Shown: positions 1 to 8,819 of the stretch, piece after piece
Layout of the letters: every line of letters begins with the position of its first letter
Numbering within the stretch: the first letter of the stretch is position 1
Origin: Elusimicrobiota bacterium
GTDB lineage: Bacteria > Elusimicrobiota > Elusimicrobia > Elusimicrobiales > UBA9959
DNA: 64,000 bases
Reading direction: 5' to 3'
NCBI GenBank assembly: GCA_030651035.1
Contig: JAUSCK010000293.1
Location: forward strand, 12,973 to 76,972
Made by a program: the position numbers and the translations under genes
The notes under the pieces: model-generated
What the model was told of the DNA's origin: nothing
Seen by the model: the letters and a program-made list of their open reading frames with translations, nothing else
Database searches by the model: none

Positions 1-1
1 G

Positions 2-508
2 GTGCGTGCTTCACATGGGTTCGGCGAGCTGGTTGAAAAGGCGCGGGGCGAGATTCTTTCTTATGAGCGGGCGTTGGAATATCTGGTGAATAAACATAAG
101 AAAGCCGCCAGAGGATTAAGGGTCGTTTTGAAAAATAATAAAGTAGCCGGTAATTCTTCCGGAGAAGACGGAATTCACTATATAGGCGGGCGAACACTTT
201 TTCTTCCTGTGGTGAATCGCTTTCAATTGGCGCCTTCCCCCCAGGTAAAGCTGGCCCTCTATGGAGGTTCCGTTATTATGGACTTAGGAATCGGGCGCGG
301 AGGAAATCTGACGGGAGAACTTGATTTTGTTGTTAAAGACGCAGATAAAGCGGTTTTAAAGTTTGACGGGAAAGTGTTTTCACAACGGACTTCCTGCCGG
401 AGGTTTGTGAAAGAAATGTCTATAAAGTCACCATCCGTGGACTTTTGGCGCGCCGGACCAGGCAGGGTTTGCTACACTGGGAATAAAATAGAGGTGGCAC
501 CTGAATAA
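2..508 (+). CDS. hypothetical protein, N-terminus outside window
   Basis: Frame is open from the window edge to a stop at 506-508. The stop abuts the ATG of the next gene (510). No motif recognised. Confidence 0.4.
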   Translation: MRASHGFGELVEKARGEILSYERALEYLVNKHKKAARGLRVVLKNNKVAGNSSGEDGIHYIGGRTLFLPVVNRFQLAPSPQVKLALYGGSVIMDLGIGRGGNLTGELDFVVKDADKAVLKFDGKVFSQRTSCRRFVKEMSIKSPSVDFWRAGPGRVCYTGNKIEVAPE

Positions 509-509
509 T

Positions 510-1958
510 ATGAAAATATATCCTGCCATTCTTTTTACTGCGGTGGCCCTTGCGCGCTGCAATCCCGCACTGTCCGCCAACGGCGGGGATATCGGCGTCT
601 CTGAGGCGGAATCGGTTCTGGCTGTTAATTCCTGCATGGGGAATATATGGCCCGGATATAAAATAGAAAAACCTATTCTAATCTACTTTGAAGACTTGCG
701 CCGCCTTGCGCTTATATCGCCCCTGAACCCGCCTGAAGGCTTCTTTTTATGTTCTTCTAGAGGGAAATTTCCCGTTTACTGCAAGGACGGGGAATTTTCC
801 GACATACGCTCAAATTTTTCCATTTCTTATAAGCTAAACGGCGCTGATGTGACTTTTTACAGGTTGGCCAGCATTCTCAATGTTGATGCAGGGAAAGACC
901 TGCTGTTCCATGAGAATTTCCATGAATTCCAGTGGGGGAAGTTCCGTTCCCCGACAGCGTATTTTACCCCGTACTCTCCGGAGCCGGCAGACGAGGCTTT
1001 TTACAGGCTTGAGAACAAGGCACTTTTGAGCGCTCTTTTGTCGCAGGGCAGGGAAAGGTTAGAAAGGATCTCTGACTTTATAACTATCCGGGAGTATAGG
1101 CGGCGCACTATCAACTCCAAAAACCTTGCACGTGAGAATTTCAAGGAGCGCGTGGAAGGATCGGCTGAATATGTCGGCCGGATGGCGGTTGTGCTGCCTT
1201 GCGTTAAAAACAGGGGGAATAGCCGTGTTTTCCCCTTTATCGCCAGGGACTCTCTGTTCCTCGGCGAAACGTTCAGCAACGGCGAAAATTTTTATTTCAG
1301 CGGCCTGCTCCAGATGGCCATCCTGGACGCTCTGCGTACCCCCTGGAAAAGCCGGCTTGAAGCGGGAGAAACCATATACGGTATATTTAAAGAATATTTC
1401 CCCGGGACGGGACCGAAGCTGTCCGTTTTGAAGAAAAAATACGGTTATGCGGCGGTTCTGGCAAGGGCGACGGAAGCGGGGGAGAATTCCGCGCGAAAAC
1501 GGTCCGGCGCGGAGGGGAAAGCTTTCGACGGACCGGCGGTCATAGTTACCGTCCCCGCCGCGGCGCGCGGTGCCGCCGGGCCGCAATCCCACGGCGAGTT
1601 TCGGGTGCTCGCTGACGGAAGGACTTTTTATTTATCCGCCAGGCTGGAAGTTTCTGAAAAGGGCGGGCTCTACCTGTTCAGCGAAAACCTCCCCATGATC
1701 ATGGGCAGGTCAAAGAAACCGGTAAAAGCTGGAAGGAGCGAGATCTTCCCCAACCGGTACGAGATCTCCGCCGGGGAACTTTCAGAGCTGCATCTCAAGC
1801 TCAACGGCAGGACTTCGCCCCTGCCCGAAAAAGAGATGACTTTTAACGCAATAGAATTGCAAGGCAAAGGCTTCACCTTAAATTCCACCCTGCCGGGCCG
1901 CGCATGGAGGTCCGGCAACAAACTCTCCATTGAATTTGATAACCAAGAAAGCAAATAA
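510..1958 (+). CDS. exported hypothetical protein with HExxH motif (possible Zn-metallopeptidase)
   Basis: 482-aa ORF. The N-terminus MKIYPAILFTAVALARC is signal-peptide-like. It contains HENFHEF (HExxH). Long antisense ORFs here are shadows. Confidence 0.55.
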   Translation: MKIYPAILFTAVALARCNPALSANGGDIGVSEAESVLAVNSCMGNIWPGYKIEKPILIYFEDLRRLALISPLNPPEGFFLCSSRGKFPVYCKDGEFSDIRSNFSISYKLNGADVTFYRLASILNVDAGKDLLFHENFHEFQWGKFRSPTAYFTPYSPEPADEAFYRLENKALLSALLSQGRERLERISDFITIREYRRRTINSKNLARENFKERVEGSAEYVGRMAVVLPCVKNRGNSRVFPFIARDSLFLGETFSNGENFYFSGLLQMAILDALRTPWKSRLEAGETIYGIFKEYFPGTGPKLSVLKKKYGYAAVLARATEAGENSARKRSGAEGKAFDGPAVIVTVPAAARGAAGPQSHGEFRVLADGRTFYLSARLEVSEKGGLYLFSENLPMIMGRSKKPVKAGRSEIFPNRYEISAGELSELHLKLNGRTSPLPEKEMTFNAIELQGKGFTLNSTLPGRAWRSGNKLSIEFDNQESK

Positions 1959-2131
1959 CAGATGCCCCGCCCCTGCACGGCTGCACCCTTTGCGAAATGG
2001 GGCCCAAGTGTGGGTAGGTCTAACGGCACTTCCACAGGCAAGAGTTGTCAGCTAAACTTAGATTGTAGTCCTTGTAATTCGGGGGATTGGCCCCGGAGTA
2101 TCCACGACCGGACCTTAATCCGGTGTATCCA

Positions 2132-2170
2132 GGGAAAGCGCTTATAATCACCGCGCTTTCCCTTTTTTAT
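2132..2170 (+). terminator. intrinsic terminator
   Basis: GGGAAAGCGC (2132-2141) pairs perfectly with GCGCTTTCCC (2153-2162) and is followed by TTTTTTATTT. Confidence 0.65.
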
Positions 2171-2222
2171 TTGCAAGGTCGCCTTGAAAATGGCAGAATA
2201 TCCAGGTTGGGAGGGAAGCACA

Positions 2223-2417
2223 ATGAAAAATATGAAACTTATTGCAGGAATCGCCGGGTTGCTGGCCGCGTTTTTTGGTTTTGCCTTTAAAGGGCAGACT
2301 ACCACCGACTTCCAGGAGAAGCTGAGCAAGATTGTAAAAGTCGATACCGCTGTGTTCCTTGTGGACAATCAGACTATTGGCCAAACCCCCCAGGGCACAA
2401 ACAAGAACGTCGGTTGA
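2223..2417 (+). CDS. small exported/membrane-anchored protein (64 aa)
   Basis: ATG at 2223 is preceded by GGGAGGGA. Hydrophobic N-terminus MKNMKLIAGIAGLLAAFFGFA with a polar T/Q/G-rich tail. Lies 17 nt upstream of the next gene. Confidence 0.45.
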   Translation: MKNMKLIAGIAGLLAAFFGFAFKGQTTTDFQEKLSKIVKVDTAVFLVDNQTIGQTPQGTNKNVG

Positions 2418-2433
2418 ATAACGCCTCTCGGTA

Positions 2434-4023
2434 ATGAGGCTGTTAAACCGTTTTACCGGGCGTTTCGCCACCGTAGTTAAAAGTTTAACTCTGGTGGCGA
2501 TTGCTTTTTTTATCTGGCTATTATTTACCCGGGGAAAAGAACAGATGACCAATCATAATCTAAATGCGGCCTTCATAAAATACCAAGCCGCGTCTTCATA
2601 CGACCCATTAAAGATCCAGTTCTCTCCGGAGTATGTATTCCTGGAAAATATATATAGTTCTCTGCTCGAAACCAGTATCAACGGTGAAATAGTTTCAGGC
2701 CTGGCGGAAAGGTTTGATTGGGTCGGCACGGAGCTTCACTTCAGGATGAGAGAAGGCCTCAAGACTATTGACGGCCATCCAATAACGGCCCGGGATGCGG
2801 AAGCGTCTTTTAAGCGTGTATTGCTGCTTCAAGGCGGCACCCACACGGACCTGGCGGATATGGTGTGCCCCGGGAAACCCTTGAAACACCTGGACGACCC
2901 CTGCGCCGGGATGGAAGTGCGCGATGATGGCGCCACCCTTGTCTTAAAACTCAAAAAGAAAAACGTCGCTTTATTAAAAACCTTCACGTCGCTGGATCTT
3001 GCGGTCATCCCGGTGAACTCGCTCGACCCAAAAACCCTCGCCATAGCCGATTACCGCAACACGTCCGGCCCATACTATGTGGAGCATGACGATCCGGAGG
3101 GAAAGATCAAGCTGGCAGCGAACCCGGCACACTATCACTTCAGCAAACGTATCCCGCAGACCGTGCAGTTGGTCCCCGCAGGAAAAAATGGCATCCGTGA
3201 ATCTTTGGAGCTATTCGATCAGGGGAAGGTCGATCACATAATGTCATGTGATAAAGCTAAGCCCGAGATATTAATGGAGTATGCCAATACTCATAAGCGG
3301 GATGTTGATCTGCATACGACCTCGCCCTTCAATCTTCATATGATCGCTTTTACCAGGAAAGGCGTTTCCAGGTTCAGCGAAGAGGAAAGGGTTAGGATAG
3401 GGTATGGATTAAGGCGGATATATTTGACTCGCGCCCTGCATATCCCCGGCATGGAGGAGGCGCAGCAGATGGTCCCTCCTTTCAGCACGGAAATGCTTAC
3501 GGAAGAGCAACTCTCAAAGATCAATTCTATCAGGAAACAGGCCCAGGACACGGAAGTTATTCTGCAGAAAATACTCGCCTGGAATCTAAGCATCGGCAAC
3601 TTATACGCGGAAGACACCAACGCACTGAAGAAATATTTCCCGAACATGCGGATCGAAATCGGCAAAAGCGTTCCCTCGCTTACGGATTTTAAAAAAACCG
3701 GCATCGAGGAGCCCGACCTGATGTTCGTGACCATAGATATGGGCTTTGAGGAAAGCGTCGGTCGTATGTCTTATACGACCAATGCCGGGCTCTTCTACTC
3801 GCCGGGCATGGATGTAAAGGAGTGGGTCAGCAGGTATATGGCCACCGAAGATAAGAATCAAAGAATCGCCATGGCGCGGAATATTCACTATGAAACGCTG
3901 GCCCATGCTTGTTCTATTCCTATGGTGTGGTCTCCCTATGCGGCCATAGTCAGGAAACCCTGGCGGATGGACTTTTCAAAGATATACCCCAGCAGTTATC
4001 TATGGCGAATACATCGCGATTAA
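2434..4023 (+). CDS. membrane-anchored solute-binding protein, ABC family-5 (peptide/nickel-type) fold
   Basis: 529 aa with an N-terminal TM segment. The segment GEIVSGLAERFDWVGTELHFRMREGLKTIDGHPITARDAEASFKRVL resembles the conserved N-lobe of SBP_bac_5 proteins. Confidence 0.6.
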   Translation: MRLLNRFTGRFATVVKSLTLVAIAFFIWLLFTRGKEQMTNHNLNAAFIKYQAASSYDPLKIQFSPEYVFLENIYSSLLETSINGEIVSGLAERFDWVGTELHFRMREGLKTIDGHPITARDAEASFKRVLLLQGGTHTDLADMVCPGKPLKHLDDPCAGMEVRDDGATLVLKLKKKNVALLKTFTSLDLAVIPVNSLDPKTLAIADYRNTSGPYYVEHDDPEGKIKLAANPAHYHFSKRIPQTVQLVPAGKNGIRESLELFDQGKVDHIMSCDKAKPEILMEYANTHKRDVDLHTTSPFNLHMIAFTRKGVSRFSEEERVRIGYGLRRIYLTRALHIPGMEEAQQMVPPFSTEMLTEEQLSKINSIRKQAQDTEVILQKILAWNLSIGNLYAEDTNALKKYFPNMRIEIGKSVPSLTDFKKTGIEEPDLMFVTIDMGFEESVGRMSYTTNAGLFYSPGMDVKEWVSRYMATEDKNQRIAMARNIHYETLAHACSIPMVWSPYAAIVRKPWRMDFSKIYPSSYLWRIHRD

Positions 4024-4985
4024 TTGATTGGGCACTTTCCAACTCATCAAGGATCTCGCTTAAAGTCACAAAACTGGGCTGGATTTCGGATTGGCTGCCC
4101 GGACATTTTGACTATCAGATCGCAATAACCTGCAAAACCGCAGTCTATCGCGGCCGCGGCATAGATACAGAAGAGCCGATCGCTTTTACCAAAGCCGTCG
4201 CGGAAGCTTTTGAGCGTTTTGCAATGACGGGGTATGAGAACCCGTGGGCGACGGCCGCCTATATTGATTACGCCGGCGCGGCCGACCGTGCTTATTACGA
4301 ACTCGTAGGGATAGACAGGGCACTATGCCACCACTTTTGCAAGGAGCGTTTCAACCGGCTCGATCTGTCTATTCTCCCTGAACAATTCAATCTGAAGCAG
4401 CTGAAAAAAACCCTGGCAAAGAATGATCTTGAAATCCAGCTCTTCGAGTTGCGCCCGGTAATGGATGCGAAGATCTGCACTATGATGGCCTGGCATAAAG
4501 ATCCCCGACACAAGATCCCGGGATTCGTTAACGGCTACGGCTGCGCGCAGACTATAGAAAAAGCGGTCGCCAGCGCCGCGTATGAGTGCTTAAGAACCGC
4601 CGCCGCGGTATATCCCGGCGGTGCAAAGCCGGACCTCCCGCTTGAAGAACTGAAACAACCAGGAAGCGCCTGGTATCATTTCTGGGCGAACCAGACGAAA
4701 GAGTGCAGGGATTATTTTACAGACTATCTTCTGCCGGAGAAGAATTCCATTCTCCCCCTGGCTCCGGAAAGACTATCCCGCAAAGACGTAGTCATCGAGC
4801 AGGTTTCCACGCTGAGCCGTGATTTCCCTGATATACCTCTGGTTATCGCACAGGCAAAATCCGATAGATTCATAAAACCGCAGTTCGGTGCCTCTCGGCT
4901 GGATGCCGCTGCTGTCAAAAGACTGACCGAATTCTGCGGGCATCCTGTGGAATCTGTTGTGACGGTACCGCATTTTTATGGCTGA
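4002..4985 (+). CDS. YcaO-like domain protein (putative)
   Basis: Internal ATG (MANTSRL) overlaps the SBP gene end. Two motifs resemble E. coli YcaO: GRGIDTEEPIAFTKAVAEAFERF versus GKGATKKAALASALGEYFERL, and NGYGCAQTIEKAVASAAYECL versus GMSAGNTRNEARVQGLSEVFERY. Confidence 0.45.
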   Translation: MANTSRLIDWALSNSSRISLKVTKLGWISDWLPGHFDYQIAITCKTAVYRGRGIDTEEPIAFTKAVAEAFERFAMTGYENPWATAAYIDYAGAADRAYYELVGIDRALCHHFCKERFNRLDLSILPEQFNLKQLKKTLAKNDLEIQLFELRPVMDAKICTMMAWHKDPRHKIPGFVNGYGCAQTIEKAVASAAYECLRTAAAVYPGGAKPDLPLEELKQPGSAWYHFWANQTKECRDYFTDYLLPEKNSILPLAPERLSRKDVVIEQVSTLSRDFPDIPLVIAQAKSDRFIKPQFGASRLDAAAVKRLTEFCGHPVESVVTVPHFYG

Positions 4986-6921
4986 GAACAGTTTTACCTC
5001 TGCCGGCCCGCTTTTTCGCAAGCTCTTAATGAAGCTGGTCGTCTTTCATGCCTCCAGCTTCCTGGTCTTCCTGGCCCTAGCCATGTTTATTGTTAATAAT
5101 TCCCGCACTCATCAGGCAAAACAGTTCAGTGATTCTTTCCGCGACCTTCTGGTGTCTGGTGATACCAGTCAGGTTGTAGTGGGAATGTCCAAGCCGGTCC
5201 TTAACGATTTCATCGGCGCGGAATGGCGCCCGGGACGAGGAACTCAGAATTTCTCGATTCCGCTGGACTTCAAGAGGCCCCAGCCGTACTTTTATAAAAC
5301 CATTACGATTTCAGTCTATTACGACGAAGGCATGAAGATAGAAGCGGGGAAAATGTATTTCTACTATCCCCGTGGAGCATTTTTAGGCTGGGCTATAACG
5401 GCTTGGATATCGCTAGTATTACTTTCCATCCCGTTAGGCGTGGCTGAAAAGAATCGACTGGTGAGGGATTATAATCTTCTGATCCAATCGAACATCAATG
5501 AGTCCAAGGCCGTCATGGCCGCCCAGGTTGCACATGATATCCGCTCGCCGCTGGTCGCCCTGGACGCCGCGCTTAAACACGCGGAACAACTCCCCGAAAA
5601 ACAGCGCACCATCGTGCGGCACGCGGTCAACCGCATACGCGATATCGCCAATAACCTTCTTGAAAAGAACCAACAGCAAACGAGGACCGCGACCACCGCA
5701 AATACCGCTGCCGGCGGCCATGTCGCCGGTGAGCCCCCGGCCGTCCACCTGCTCTCAAGCCTTATTGATCCGGTTATTACTGAAAAGCGTCTGCAATATG
5801 AATCAAAGCCCGGCATCAGTATCGATTTCAAATTAACCCGGGAATCCTACGGCTTGTTCGCCAGTCTCCAGCCTGTTGAATTCCGGCGCATGCTCTCCAA
5901 CCTGGTCAATAACGCCGTCGAGGCCTTGGGGGATAAGGGCGCGGTGGACGTGGGTTTAAACTATAAAGATGAAAATATTGTACTGACGGTATCAGACAAT
6001 GGCAAAGGCATACCGCCCGCGATCCTGGCGAAGCTCGGTCAACGGGGTGAAACCCACGGCAAAGCCGGCGGCTCGGGCCTCGGATTGTTCCACGCCCGGA
6101 CCACGGCCGAGAACTGGGGCGGCAGCCTGACGATCACTTCAACGCCCGGCCAGGGAACCGCGGTCACGATAAAACTGCCCAAGGCCGAAGCCCCGGCCGG
6201 CTTCGCACCGGCGCTGGTACTTCCCCCCGGCCGACCGGTTGTGGTGCTGGACGATGACGCCACCATTCACCAGGTCTGGCAGGGCCGGTTCGACTCCGCG
6301 CGGGTTAAGGAACATGATATTGAAATAATCCATTTCAGCGAGCCGGATGAACTGCGCGAATGGGTTAAAGCCGACCCGGTAAAAGCACAAAAAGCCGTCT
6401 GTCTTTTCGACTATGAACTTTTGGGGTTTAAAGAAACCGGGCTGAGCCTGGCCGAAGAGCTCGACCTATGTAGTAAAACAATACTGGTCACCAGCCGCTG
6501 CGGAGAGCCTCGAATAATCGAAGAATGCGCCCGCCTTAACATACGGATGATCCCCAAAGGCCTGGCCGACTTCGTGCCTATCACGATCGGAGCCCCCGCC
6601 GTGCCCGCGCTGGCGGTTTTAATAGACGACGACGCCATGGTTCACATGAATTGGGAGGATGCCGCCGAGCGCGCCGGGGTAGAACTAAAAGCGTTTAAAA
6701 CCCCCGCCAAATTCCTGGCGAACCTCGAAGCCTTCCCCAAAGACACGCCTATCTATATAGATTCCGAACTTGGCGAGGATATAAAAGGCGAGGATATAGC
6801 CGTCGACTTAAAAGATAAAGGTTTTACAAATCTCCGTCTTGCCACCGGCCATCCGCCGGAGAATTTCTCCCACTTGCCCTGGCTGAAAGTGACCGGCAAA
6901 GAATCGCCGTGGCGGACCTGA
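4978..6921 (+). CDS. sensor histidine kinase with two C-terminal receiver-like domains
   Basis: ATG overlaps the upstream stop (tATGGCTGA). TM segments are present. H-box AAQVAHDIRSPL, N-box NLVNNAVEAL, DNGKGIP, GGSGLGLF. Two VVLDDD/VLIDDD-type receiver-like modules follow. Confidence 0.8.
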   Translation: MAENSFTSAGPLFRKLLMKLVVFHASSFLVFLALAMFIVNNSRTHQAKQFSDSFRDLLVSGDTSQVVVGMSKPVLNDFIGAEWRPGRGTQNFSIPLDFKRPQPYFYKTITISVYYDEGMKIEAGKMYFYYPRGAFLGWAITAWISLVLLSIPLGVAEKNRLVRDYNLLIQSNINESKAVMAAQVAHDIRSPLVALDAALKHAEQLPEKQRTIVRHAVNRIRDIANNLLEKNQQQTRTATTANTAAGGHVAGEPPAVHLLSSLIDPVITEKRLQYESKPGISIDFKLTRESYGLFASLQPVEFRRMLSNLVNNAVEALGDKGAVDVGLNYKDENIVLTVSDNGKGIPPAILAKLGQRGETHGKAGGSGLGLFHARTTAENWGGSLTITSTPGQGTAVTIKLPKAEAPAGFAPALVLPPGRPVVVLDDDATIHQVWQGRFDSARVKEHDIEIIHFSEPDELREWVKADPVKAQKAVCLFDYELLGFKETGLSLAEELDLCSKTILVTSRCGEPRIIEECARLNIRMIPKGLADFVPITIGAPAVPALAVLIDDDAMVHMNWEDAAERAGVELKAFKTPAKFLANLEAFPKDTPIYIDSELGEDIKGEDIAVDLKDKGFTNLRLATGHPPENFSHLPWLKVTGKESPWRT

Positions 6922-6934
6922 AGACTGTCCGGGG

Positions 6935-7123
6935 TTAACCGGGCTTCTGCAGTTCCGCTTCCAGCTCCGTCAAAAGCCTCACAACGTCCTGCGCCGTCTC
7001 GCGCATAAGCGCTATCCTTGCGCGTATCTTCTCGTCCGGACATTTATGCATTAATTCCGCGGCTTCTTTCAGGCTGGTGGTCTTGGATTTTATGTTGTGC
7101 CGTAGCTTCCCTATGTCGGGCAT
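6935..7123 (-). CDS. small helical hypothetical protein (62 aa)
   Basis: Starts 3 nt after the stop of the sigma-54 activator gene, suggesting translational coupling. No motif recognised. Confidence 0.35.
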   Translation of the reverse strand: MPDIGKLRHNIKSKTTSLKEAAELMHKCPDEKIRARIALMRETAQDVVRLLTELEAELQKPG

Positions 7124-7125
7124 GG

Positions 7126-8463
7126 TTATTTCCTCCCCGCTTCCCGCGCTTTACCCACCACGGAATACAACAGGCGTTTTGAGATCTTAAGCTGTTTAAG
7201 CGTGGCGGCTTTTTTCCCGTGGTTCTCGTTCATATTGTACCGGATAATTCCGGCCTGCAGGTTTTCTACCACCCCGGCAAGCCCGTGTTCAAGAGCGTGA
7301 TCATATTGCGCCTGTGTGAACACTAGCGGCCCCGGCGCGGCGAACAGGGTAATATGGCACTTTACGGTCTCAAGCGTCACCTGCCCGTCCGTGCCGGCCG
7401 CCACAAGGCCCACAAAACGTTTAAGTTCTCGCGTATTGCCCGGCCAGCCATGCGCCAGCAGGTATTCCTTCGCTTCCGGGTCGAAGGCCAGCCGCTTATT
7501 TTTTTTTGTGAAAGCCTGTATAAGCGGGAAAATATCGCATTTCCTTTGCGCCAGGGGTTTCAGCGTTACCGTCAGGCCGTGCACCCGCTGGAAGAAATCG
7601 AAGCGCAGTTTGTTTTCTGTGAGCAGCTTCTGCACGTCTTCCAAGGTGGCACTGATAACGCGAAAATCGGAATACTCGGGCTTGTCCGCCCCAAGCGGGT
7701 AGAACGACTTTTCTTCAATGGCCTTAAGCAGCTTCATCTGCATCTTCTGGCTCATGGTCCCTATCTCGTCCAGGAAGAGCGTCCCCTTGTCGGCCTGCGC
7801 CAGTTTCCCTTTGCGGTTTTCATGCGCGTCGGTGAACGAGCCTTTTTTATAGCCGAATAATTCCGCTTCCAGCAGCTCTTCGGTATAGGCTGCGCAGTTC
7901 ATGGCCACAAAAGCGCCGTCCCGGCCGGAATGCTTATGCAGCAACTCCGCCAGCGTAGTCTTGCCGGTCCCGGATGGCCCCAACAACAGTATTGGCAGGC
8001 TGGTGGATGCGTGTTTCAGCGCCTCCGCCACCATAGAGCGCGTAGCGGGGTCGTTGGTGATGAATTCTTTGGAGAATACCCCCTCCACCTTTTTGCCGGC
8101 GCCGCCCTGGTGATATCGGGCTATGATTGCGGTAACGTTAGCCCGCTCATTGCCTTTCACATAAAACTCTTTGCAGCCCAGCGCATAAGCCCGGATTATA
8201 GTTTCTTCCGTGTCGCAACTCGACATCACCACGGAGTAAATCCCTTTTGAAACGGCCAGAGGAATAAGTTTCAACCCGGAATAATCATCATTCTCGCCCA
8301 GCATAAGGTCGATAAAACACAGATCGTAGTGCCCGGCTTTAAGTCTACGCTCGGCCGCGGCTTTATCGCCCGCGAAATCCACCGCCTGGCCGGCCAGGTT
8401 GTCGGACATAATATCCCGCGCCAGTTTGTCGTCATCTATAACCAGGATCTTAAGTTTATCCAT
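7126..8463 (-). CDS. sigma-54-dependent response regulator (NtrC-family enhancer-binding protein)
   Basis: Receiver domain (MDKLKILVIDDD). AAA+ Walker A GPSGTGKT. ELFGYKKGSFTDA is a GAFTGA-type loop. Also GTLFLDEIG, WPGNTRELK and a C-terminal Fis-type HTH. Start chosen at the internal ATG 8463. Confidence 0.9.
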   Translation of the reverse strand: MDKLKILVIDDDKLARDIMSDNLAGQAVDFAGDKAAAERRLKAGHYDLCFIDLMLGENDDYSGLKLIPLAVSKGIYSVVMSSCDTEETIIRAYALGCKEFYVKGNERANVTAIIARYHQGGAGKKVEGVFSKEFITNDPATRSMVAEALKHASTSLPILLLGPSGTGKTTLAELLHKHSGRDGAFVAMNCAAYTEELLEAELFGYKKGSFTDAHENRKGKLAQADKGTLFLDEIGTMSQKMQMKLLKAIEEKSFYPLGADKPEYSDFRVISATLEDVQKLLTENKLRFDFFQRVHGLTVTLKPLAQRKCDIFPLIQAFTKKNKRLAFDPEAKEYLLAHGWPGNTRELKRFVGLVAAGTDGQVTLETVKCHITLFAAPGPLVFTQAQYDHALEHGLAGVVENLQAGIIRYNMNENHGKKAATLKQLKISKRLLYSVVGKAREAGRK

Positions 8464-8682
8464 AAAAAGGTACCCCCCGGGCGCCATCAGTTGTTAAAGA
8501 AATTGTAGCAAAATAGCCGGGGAAACCGTTAAATGAGTCCCAAATGGAACCATATTGCTCCAGATAGAACGCTATTGCGGGATACCGAGGCTCCCGTAAA
8601 TCCATCCCTTCACGCCGAACAAATCCAGTCCTCCGGCGACAGGACAAAAGCATAGCCCTATTCTCCACCCCTTTTCCGGTAT

Positions 8683-8698
8683 TGGCACAGAAATTGCT
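8683..8698 (+). promoter_or_regulatory. sigma-54 (-24/-12) promoter candidate
   Basis: TGGCAC-agaaa-TTGCT matches the TGGCAC-N5-TTGCW consensus. It lies ~120 nt upstream of the 8820 start and is divergent from the EBP gene. Confidence 0.6.
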
Positions 8699-8819
8699 CT
8701 GTAGTGGGTGCAAGTAGAACCGGCGGGGGCGAGTTCCACCGGCATTCAAAAAAGAAGAACAATGAAAATAGATGAAAAAGTTAATGATAGGCCCAAAATA
8801 GTCGGGCGAGGCATTAAAT

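Noticed and set aside
2040-2130. tRNA-like or riboswitch-like appearance of the hairpins upstream of the 2132 terminator.
   Set aside because: The ACCGGA/TCCGGT stem has a 6-nt loop and no cloverleaf partners (no acceptor or T-arm). No conserved riboswitch core sequence that I know is present.
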